The notes under the pieces were generated by a model. The model saw nothing but the letters and a program-made list of their open reading frames with translations. It did no database searches and had not been told where the DNA came from. Shown here one piece after another: positions 56,008-64,000 of a DNA stretch of 64,000 nucleotides (position 1 is the stretch's first letter; the number at the start of each line of letters is the position of its first letter). This DNA comes from an uncultured Planctomycetota bacterium. GTDB taxonomy: Bacteria > Planctomycetota > Planctomycetia > Isosphaerales > Isosphaeraceae. The DNA lies in NCBI GenBank assembly GCA_963845755.1, contig CAWJTV010000042.1, positions 1-64,000 of the forward strand, read 5' to 3'. A program made the translations under genes and the position numbers.

Positions 56008-57189
56008 GTGGGGCGAATCGCTCGGGTTTGGGGTTGGGCGGCCTTCGCCCTGGTCCTCTGTTGCGGTGTCGTCGCCGCGTGGCGCGCAACTCGCGGCCCG
56101 ACCAACCCCGACCGGGTCTGGGCGGATGCCGAGCGCGCGTTTCTGGCCGGACATTGGGATCGCGCGCGCGCCTCGTTGAAGGCACTGGAGCGGATCCGGC
56201 CCAAGAACCCCATGGACTGGATCCTGGAAGCCCAGCTCGCCACGGCGGAAGGCCACCCCGACCAGGCGCTCGCCGCAATCGATCGAATCCCCGGCGACCA
56301 TCCGATCGCCGCCCAGGCCCTCTTGCTCGCAGGCCGGATCGAGCGACAGCAGAATCGCTTGACGAAGGCGGAATCCGCCTTCCGCAGGGCCATCGCCGTG
56401 AAGCCCGGCCTGGTCGAAGCCCACAAGGAATTGATCTATATCCTCGGCATCCAGTCGCGCCGTCGCGAGGTCGATGCCGAGTTTCAGGCACTCGCCCGAC
56501 TCACGCCGCTCACTCATCACGATCTGTTCACCTGGTCTCTGACCCATTTCACCCAGTGGAGTCCGGACATCGTCGAGGATCTCGAGGGATTCATCAGGTC
56601 CGACCCCGAGGATCGTTATAGCCGGTTGGCGCTGGTCGAGCTCCTGCTGGAACGGCCCGGAGCGGAGACGGAGATCGAGAGGATCCTCGAGCCGCTGCCC
56701 AACACCGATCTTGACGCGCTGGCGCTTCGGACCAATCTGGCCTTCAATCTCGGTCAATTCGACAAGGTCAACAACCTGCTCGCCTCGGCCCCGACCGATC
56801 ACCCGCGAATCGCCCGGATTCGCGGAGAGATCGCGCTCCGGCAACGCGATCTCGACGGCGCGATCCGCCATTTCCAGCAGGCGCTCAGTGCCGAACCTTA
56901 CGATCGCGTCTCGCCCATGCAGCTCGCGCAGGCGCTCCGGCTCAAGGGAGAACGAATGGCCGCGGACGCCTATCTCGACCGCGTCCGACCGCTCAACCGT
57001 TTGTACAACCTGATCATGCGGATCCGCACGCCGAAACGAGCAAACCAGGTTTCCGACCTGGGGGAGCTTGGGAAGGCGTGCGAGGACGCCGGGCTGAGCG
57101 AGGAAGCCAGGGGCTGGTACGCGCTCGCGGTCGCGGCCAATCCCCTCGACCGCGACGTTCAGCAGGGGCTGCACCGGCTCCACCCCTGA
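56008..57189 (+). CDS. Membrane-anchored TPR protein
   Basis: N-terminal TM/signal segment, multiple TPR helices. Confidence 0.8.
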   Translation: MGRIARVWGWAAFALVLCCGVVAAWRATRGPTNPDRVWADAERAFLAGHWDRARASLKALERIRPKNPMDWILEAQLATAEGHPDQALAAIDRIPGDHPIAAQALLLAGRIERQQNRLTKAESAFRRAIAVKPGLVEAHKELIYILGIQSRRREVDAEFQALARLTPLTHHDLFTWSLTHFTQWSPDIVEDLEGFIRSDPEDRYSRLALVELLLERPGAETEIERILEPLPNTDLDALALRTNLAFNLGQFDKVNNLLASAPTDHPRIARIRGEIALRQRDLDGAIRHFQQALSAEPYDRVSPMQLAQALRLKGERMAADAYLDRVRPLNRLYNLIMRIRTPKRANQVSDLGELGKACEDAGLSEEARGWYALAVAANPLDRDVQQGLHRLHP

Positions 57190-57402
57190 GTTCCGATGAG
57201 GCGGCGAATGCCCGGACGATGCGGGTTCGAACGGAGCCTTGCCCCCATCATTAAGGGCCCTCCGGCCTAGGTATTGTTCGACGCTGTCAGGTAGGATGAA
57301 TGTCGACTACCGATGATCGGCCGAGTTCGTGAGACGCGATCCGCCTGCCGCGGGAACGGCCGACCTTCATCCCCGGGACGCCCAGGAACCTTGACGAGCT
57401 CG

Positions 57403-58646
57403 ATGAAAGCGGAAACCGCAGGAATCCCACGGATCCGAAGCCGGCGCCTGGTGCGGCTGGGAGTGGCCCTGACGATCGCGGCGGCGGCTCTGGCCGGGGC
57501 CGGCGCAGCCTGGCTCGGCTGGTCGCGGCCGGACGCCGATCGGGTCTGGAATGATGCGGAGGCCGACGTTCGAGCGGGGCGATGGCAGAACGCCCGCGCG
57601 GGGCTGAGGCGGCTGGAGCGGTTGCGGAAGCCCACGGCGCAGGACTGGATGCTCCGGGCCCAGATCGCCACCGCTGCCGAGGACGATGCCGCGGCGCTCG
57701 AAGCCCTGCGCCACGTCCCCGAGGGTCACCCCCTGTTCCCCCAGAGCCTTTACATGACCGGACTGATCGAGCGCACGCATCGCCGCCTCCGCTATGCCGA
57801 GGCCGCCTACCGCAAGGCTCTCGCCTGCGAGCCCGGGCTAGTGAATGCCCGCAAGGAATTGATCTATATCCTCGGAATGCAGATCCGCCGTCGCGAGATC
57901 GACGCCGAGTTCAAGGCCCTGTCCCGGGTCACTCCGCTCACACACCGCGACCTGTTCACCTGGGGCCTGACCCACTTTGTCCACTGGGGTCCGGACAGCG
58001 CGGACCAGATCCAAGCCTTTATCCAGGCCGACCCGGACGACCGATTCAGCCGGCTGGCACTGGCCAGGTTCCTGATCGATCAGCCCAGCGGGAGGGCCCG
58101 GGTCGAGTGGGCCCTCGAGCCGCTACCCGCGGATGATCCCGAGGCCCTGGCCCTGCGTGTCGAGCTCAGGCTGAACAATGGCGAGGTCGAGGAAGCGCTG
58201 GGGATGCTCGCTCGTACGACGGAGAGCAATCCCGCCCTCGAACGGCTGAGAGGACGTGCCGCCATGATGCGGGGTGACGCCGCTGGCGCAATCCGCCACT
58301 TCCAGGCCGCGCTCAGCGACGAACCTTATGATCGCGTCTCGATCGGCGAGCTCGGAAGGGCCCTCCTCATCCGGGGCGATCGCGCGGCGCCAGCCGCTAC
58401 TTGACCCGCGCCAAGCAACTCGACGATGTCTACAACCTGATCAATCGCGTCAGCAAGACGGAACACGAGAACAAGCCCACGGACCTGAATCGCCTCGGCC
58501 GAGCCTGCGAGGCAGCCGGATTGATCGACGAGGCTCACGGCTGGTATATGCTGGCGATCGGCCACAACCCGCTGGATAGCGAGGCCCAACAAGCGTTGCA
58601 CCGGCTTCGTGATCCGAGCACGGATGGGACGAGTCTCCAACCGTGA
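57403..58646 (+). CDS. TPR protein paralogous to 56008..57189; frameshift near 58395
   Basis: Shared KELIYILG.Q.RRRE.DAEF.AL.R.TPLTH.DLFTW.LTHF and LG.ACE.AGL..EA.GWY. Confidence 0.8.
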
Positions 58647-58659
58647 ACTCCGAACAAGA

Positions 58660-60225
58660 ATGAAGAAGGGCATGCTCGCCGGCGAGCGACCTTCGATTCG
58701 GCCCGTCCTACAACCCGAGTCTGCGTCAAAACTTGACGCGATTCGGATCGGAAGTCCAGGGCCGAAGGCCCGGTCCGGCCGATATCAGACTGAGAAGACC
58801 TGTCGTCGCTTTCCGGCGGCGACGTCTTCGCGAGGCGATGATCTTCATCCTGGGGCCGGCTTGCCGGTTGAGTCGTCGGGGCAATCTCGGCGGAGCCGAC
58901 CGGCGGAAACGGCCCAGCGAGCGGCAAACAGGACGGCCCCTCTTTTGATTGCGACCTCGAGCAAACCGAACACTCGGTCCAGGCCCGCGGGCCGACAACC
59001 CCGCGTAGGCGTCCACAAACCCTCAGGTTCGGCTCCCCGGGCCGCCGCCGACGGGCGGCGGCTCCCGGCCGTGCTGCTGGGACTGGGGCTCGCCACGCTG
59101 ATGGGCCTGACCACGTGGGCGGTGGCCTCGGTCTCGATCTGGCTGGTGCCGGCTTATCTGTCGCTCATCATCTTGATCTTCACCGCACCCGGGGCCAGGC
59201 GTGTGAAGTCACCGGCCACGAAACCGACAACGGGGTCGCCGGACGCGGATGTCGCCCTCTCAGGCCGGAGACCGGGATCCGATCGCGCGGATGGGATGGG
59301 AGAAACCCATCCTGTCTCCGACCCGAACTCGAGCCTCCCGGCCGATGAAGGGGCCGAATCCTCGGCAAGTTCCCCCGATTCAGCCGGTCCCCACAACGCC
59401 AAGCCCCGCCGGAGCCGAGCCCGGTCTCGCAAGGCGGCCAAATCGGCCGCCGAGCTCGCACCGGACTCGTCCCCGGTCACCTGGATCCGCGTCGGCCCCG
59501 GTCAGTTCGTCCGTGCCGACGTCCGGACCCCGGAACCTCCCCAGGCACCGGCCGAGGAGGTCGCCCCGGAGGCACATTCGGCAACGGAAGTGCCCCCGCC
59601 GGTGACTCCGGCCGACGAGGTCGCCCCGCCTGCGGACCCGACGGTGGACGGTCTCGCAGCCGTCCCATCGGTGACGCCGTCGCCGCGACCTCTCGCGGTA
59701 TCGGCGGATCCGGTCCCGATCGACTCGCCGGAGTCACCTCCGGAGGACGAGCGGCCGGATCCGTCTACTGGCGAGAACCCTCCGGAACCGCCCGCCGAAG
59801 AGTACGGTATCGCACCCTCTGCCTTCGGCCCGGAAACGGAGGATTCTCCTTCGAGCCCGAGCCTGGTTTCCCGCGTCTCGGATGGGTCCGTCCTGCTGGT
59901 GGCCGATCCCGATCGAACCGCTAACCTGGACGGTCCTCCGTCGAACGGCGAGTTCCCTCCTGGTCCCACCGGTTTGCGACGGCCACGATCGTGGCTGCGT
60001 ACGGCGTTCCTCCCTCGGGGGATCGCCAACGTGTCCCTGGGCCGGGGATCGAACGTCACGTCCTCGCGACGCGACGTCCGGACTCGTCCCGGGCCACGGA
60101 CCGCATCCGGGCTCCGGTCCTCAACGGACCTCCGCTTGCGACAAGCGGCCCGTCGCGCCTACGGTCGAACCGATCACGTCTTTCGCGATTGGCGTCCCCG
60201 ATCGCCGCCTTGCCACGGGATCTGA
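58660..60225 (+). CDS. Hypothetical membrane protein with Pro/Ser-rich disordered regions
   Basis: Two TM helices; WIRVGPGQFVRAD and C-terminal RSPP segments. Confidence 0.55.
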   Translation: MKKGMLAGERPSIRPVLQPESASKLDAIRIGSPGPKARSGRYQTEKTCRRFPAATSSRGDDLHPGAGLPVESSGQSRRSRPAETAQRAANRTAPLLIATSSKPNTRSRPAGRQPRVGVHKPSGSAPRAAADGRRLPAVLLGLGLATLMGLTTWAVASVSIWLVPAYLSLIILIFTAPGARRVKSPATKPTTGSPDADVALSGRRPGSDRADGMGETHPVSDPNSSLPADEGAESSASSPDSAGPHNAKPRRSRARSRKAAKSAAELAPDSSPVTWIRVGPGQFVRADVRTPEPPQAPAEEVAPEAHSATEVPPPVTPADEVAPPADPTVDGLAAVPSVTPSPRPLAVSADPVPIDSPESPPEDERPDPSTGENPPEPPAEEYGIAPSAFGPETEDSPSSPSLVSRVSDGSVLLVADPDRTANLDGPPSNGEFPPGPTGLRRPRSWLRTAFLPRGIANVSLGRGSNVTSSRRDVRTRPGPRTASGLRSSTDLRLRQAARRAYGRTDHVFRDWRPRSPPCHGI

Positions 60226-60295
60226 GTGCGAGGAATCGCCTCGAGGGGCGGTACGCAAGTGCCGCCCCTTTCCTTTGATTGACAGTCTCCGAGGG

Positions 60296-60685
60296 ATGAT
60301 GATGGGAGGTCGAGAACTCGTCGCACTGGATGATCGATTCGCCATATCCCGGCTGTCCACTGACGCGCCGCTCCCGAACTGGGCAGAGGGTGGCCCTTTC
60401 CTTTCGATCACCCGCACTCCGGACGAGTTATCCGTGGTTTGCCGCGAGCCGCAGGTGCCCGCTGATGTGAAATCGGAGCGGGGCTGGCGATGCCTGCGCG
60501 TCTCGGGACCGCTCGACTTCGCCGCGGTCGGCATCCTGTCTTCGCTCATCGAACCGATGGCCGGTGCCAGCATCCCCGTCTTCGTCATGTCAACGTTCGA
60601 CACCGACTACCTCATGATCAAGGACGTCGACTTCGATAGAGCCGTCGCGGCAATGCGAGATGCAGGACATACCGTCGTACTCTGA
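60296..60685 (+). CDS. ACT-domain protein (CASTOR/ACT_7 type)
   Basis: SITRTPDELSVVC, GWRCLRVSGPLDF..VGILS, STFDTDYLMIK. Confidence 0.9.
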   Translation: MMMGGRELVALDDRFAISRLSTDAPLPNWAEGGPFLSITRTPDELSVVCREPQVPADVKSERGWRCLRVSGPLDFAAVGILSSLIEPMAGASIPVFVMSTFDTDYLMIKDVDFDRAVAAMRDAGHTVVL

Positions 60686-61204
60686 ATGGAGGACGTGTTG
60701 ACCGCGGCCCGCGAATCTAATGCGCAGGGGGCCATCACCTCAGCCGACGGTACCTGACGATCTCCGCAATCGCCCGATCCACGACACGCAGTCGTCGGGG
60801 ATCCGTCCTCATTGAGAAGCCCATCCATCCCGACGCCGGGTTGCGTGCGACCGCCGAAGGATCGGACGGAGTGATCCAGGAGAGTTCCCCGAGGGTTGCG
60901 GTTTTCGGAGCCAGCGATGAGTTAGACGTCGAGATCGCCAGTTCCGGATTGTTGCCGATTCTGTCGGGCATGAGCCGCGACAGGACATCGGCCGTGCTCG
61001 GCTCGGTCGTCGTGGATTGGACTCCCACGAGGAGGTCGAGCAGAGGAGAAACCGCGGGCCGATTCGTTCCGACCGCGCAGTCCCCCGGCGGCCGGCGAAA
61101 TCGGATCCGTCGCAGACGGTCGATAATTCCCAGGTTCGGATGGTGTCTCATGGATCTCTCGGAGTGGTTCGTTTCGCGGCGCCGGGCAAGAGCGGCCGGC
61201 GCAT

Positions 61205-61402
61205 TCACGAAGGCCGGCTCGAACTGACGGATTTTGGGAGAGACGCGGCGGGGACCTGGAGGAGTTCACCTCTGAGGATCGTGAGTTCTTCCGGTGCGTC
61301 GATGGCAATCCGAACCTGTCGGCCGCGGATTGCGGTAATGGTAATCTGGATGTTCTCACCGATGGTGATCGTTTCGTCGATCTTCCGGCTCAGGACCAGC
61401 AT
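61205..61402 (-). CDS. csrA: Carbon storage regulator CsrA
   Basis: MLVLSRKIDETITIGENIQIT..VRIAIDAP..ILRGEL; GGAGGAG SD. Confidence 0.92.
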   Translation of the reverse strand: MLVLSRKIDETITIGENIQITITAIRGRQVRIAIDAPEELTILRGELLQVPAASLPKSVSSSRPS

Positions 61403-61899
61403 CGAATCTCCTCCCTGGTGTGTGGTGATGAACGAGGGCCTAAAGCCGCTCAGGGGCTGCCCCGAATCTGCCGATTCCCCGTGACGCCGATTCGGCGGGA
61501 ACGCCACGGGCCGGGAGCGAAGCTCCCTCGATCGCGATGGATCGATTGCCCTGAAGAGATACACGCAATAGAGACGGTAAACCGAGCGCGGAAAACTCGG
61601 CTATTTGCGAAATCAATGAGTTCGATTCGCTCAAGCGATGGCATATCTTCCTGAAACACTTCGGCTACATGTCGGATGATAGCCGCTGGCATGATGGAAC
61701 GGCCTTGCCTGACTGAATCGCGGAGGCTGCGATTCCCAGCCCATCGTGTCGGCTGAGCGCGATGGCTCCTGGTCAAGCCCTAATCAGGGCTGTACCGCGC
61801 GGTGGTGGCGAGCTAAAATTTCCCTGTCCGGTTCGACGCGACCGGTCGTTCGAGGCCGCTCAAGGAATGGGATGGACACCGAGGGATCTGGAGGGAGCC

Positions 61900-64000
61900 A
61901 TGATCGTCGCGAGGAGGAGGAATCGGAGTCGTTGGTCGGCCGCAATAACCATGGGGTTCGCCCTGATGGCGACCGTCGCGGTCGTGGCCGAGGCGGACGC
62001 GCAAGACAAGCGAGAGACGGAGATCGCGCAGCTCATCAAGTCCGTCGAGCAAGATCCGCTCCGGGCGGATGCGGCCGTGAAGGAATTGATTCGCATCGGC
62101 AAGCCAGCCGTGCCGGCATTGATCACGACCCTGAAGTCCCCTCAATCCGAGGTGCGTTGGGTCGTTGCTGCCATACTGCAAGAGATCGGTCCCGCGGATG
62201 GGCGCATTCTCCCCGCTCTGGTCGAGTCGATGAGCCGGGTATCGTCGCCACCGGGATGGAGCTATCCCTTTGGCCCCGATGAAGGCCTGGCCCTCGCCAC
62301 CTCGCTCCGCGCCATGGGTCCGGATGCCGTGAAGCCCGTGATCGAAACCCTCTACCACAAGCAGCCCTTCGCCAGAGCCACGGCCGCGCTGACGCTCGCA
62401 CTTTTTAGCGACGACAGGGGTCTGAAACTCGCCGAAGCTCCGCACCCGGATCCCAAACCGATCACGCTCGATCGTGAGGTGATTGCACGGCTCATCGCGA
62501 CTCCTCGACGACAACGAGGCGCCCGTACGCTCGGCGGCCGCTACGGCGCTGACGACGATCGCCCCGTCGAACGCCCAGGCGGACGCGGTGATCGCCGCAC
62601 TGGTCAAGCGGATCAGGGACCCAAGCGAGCAGGTCCGGACATCCGCGGTTGCGGCTGTTATTCGATTCGGACCGAAGGCCAAGGCAGCCGTAGGCCCGCT
62701 TGCCGACTGGTTTCAGAAGGAATCCCGATCGCTGGTTGCCGAGGCCCTCGGGTCGCTCGGCGCGGAAGCCGCGCCGGCCGTTCCAATGCTGATCGAGGCG
62801 GCACGGGACAAGAGTGCCGGCACCCGCGAAAACGCGGTCCTTGCTCTGGGATTGATCGGATCGAAGGTCGAAGGTGTCCTCCCGGTCTTACGGGCCGCGA
62901 TGGCTGACTCCGACCGCAATGTCCGTAATCGGGCTTCGTCGGCGCTGGCTCCCCTCGGCGGGCCGGAAATCCCCAGGCTCATCGAATCCCTTCGTGGTCA
63001 CGACGCTCAGGCCCAGAGGACGGCCGCGGGTGCCCTCAGGGAGATGGGACCCAAGGCGGCACCCGCCGCTCCCGCACTGATCACTCACCTGGCCGACGAC
63101 CATGAGGGTGTACTCACGGACGTTCTTCGGGCGCTGACTGCGATCGGTGCCCCGGCAGTCCCCGCATTGGTTGAGGCGCTGGGGCATTCGAAATCCGCGC
63201 ATCCGGCTCGGTGCCGCTGAAGTACTGGGCAGGATTGGCCTGCCCGCGACACGCGCCGCCGATAGGCTGATAACACTTCGTGCGGGCGACCCCGACCCTG
63301 AAGTCCGCCGTTATGCTGCGCTCGCCCTGGCTGGCTTGCGGCCCGGCGATCCCGCGAGCATCGACGCACTGGCCGAGGCGATCCGCGACAAGCACCAGCA
63401 TGCCGACAGTCGCGTCCACCAGGCCGCTCAGCAAATCGCGGATGATCTTGGCCGCTCTGGGAAGAAGGAAGCGACAACTGAGCTGATCGAGGTCCTGGCG
63501 CGGCTATGTGCCGGCGCCACGATCCAGAAACGCCCAGGTCTGCACGGCGAGGAAGACAACTCTTTGGGCTGTATGGTCGTCCAACGAGCGCTGGAACAGG
63601 TGAGCCCCGATACCCTTCCTATCCTGATCCAGGCCCTGGGAAGAAAGGATGTTCAGGACAGTCTGCCTGGAGTCTTTCAAAAAATCGGAGCGCCGGCCGT
63701 GCCCGGCCTGATCGCGGCCCTGAAGTCAGACGATCCCGTGCGACGTGCGAGTGCGGCATCGGCTTTCCAATCGATCGCGTTTTCCGAGGAGAACCGCGAG
63801 CACACTCTACCGGCCGTGCCAGTCCTGACCGACCTCTTGAATGACAAGGACTCGCATGTCCGGGCCGCTGCGGCATCGGCCCTGGGCGAGATCAATATGC
63901 TTGGCGCCAAAGCCACTGGTCTCCTCATCCAGCAACTGACCGACGCCGACAAGCAGGCTGCCATCCGGGCCGGCCTGGCGGTCAAGAAGGCGAAAGTCGA
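61900..64000 (+). CDS. Exported HEAT-repeat protein, runs off the window end; several frameshifts
   Basis: Signal peptide; repeated AVPALI.AL.D....VR..AA.ALG.IG units across frames. Confidence 0.85.

Noticed and set aside
55426..57183. 585-aa minus-strand ORF
   Set aside because: Antisense to the lipoprotein and TPR genes; typical high-GC shadow ORF
57215..57245. GGTTCGAA as a tRNA T-loop
   Set aside because: No cloverleaf stems around it
60700..61200. CsrB-like sRNA or CDS next to csrA
   Set aside because: GGA motifs lack regular hairpin spacing, and the overlapping ORFs lack recognisable motifs

Overview
High-GC planctomycete DNA, most consistent with Isosphaeraceae: it has DUF1559, a PVC-type haem-binding protein, an ECF/FecR pair and a planctomycete extracellular leader motif. 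Many genes carry single-base frameshifts that look like long-read consensus errors, so several calls are stitched across frames. Layout: (1) 0.9-8 kb: larC, a CrtQ-like GT2 with an AldH-like aldehyde dehydrogenase, msrB and a GbsR-family regulator. (2) 8-18.7 kb: a minus-strand envelope operon (prenyltransferase-repeat/HEAT, hypothetical, FHA-PQQ propeller, ABC substrate-binding-like, hypothetical). (3) 19-37.2 kb: an accessory island with a ~1870-codon RHS protein whose second autoprotease DPxG motif reads NPLG. It is followed by a trypsin-like protease-TPR gene that the ORF track misses, four glycosyltransferase genes or remnants (one is a triple-GT+TPR gene carrying three repeat insertions), a deleted HddA-like kinase, ParDE, a clan AA protease, a group II intron 3' remnant and many REP-like hairpins. 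(4) 38-58.6 kb: GT-C membrane protein, GH31, an S9 peptidase-DUF885 fusion, a ThuA/PVC haem protein, FecR/ECF sigma, DUF1559, a lipoprotein and tandem TPR paralogs. (5) ACT protein, csrA and a HEAT-repeat protein. No CRISPR array, rRNA or tRNA was recognised.
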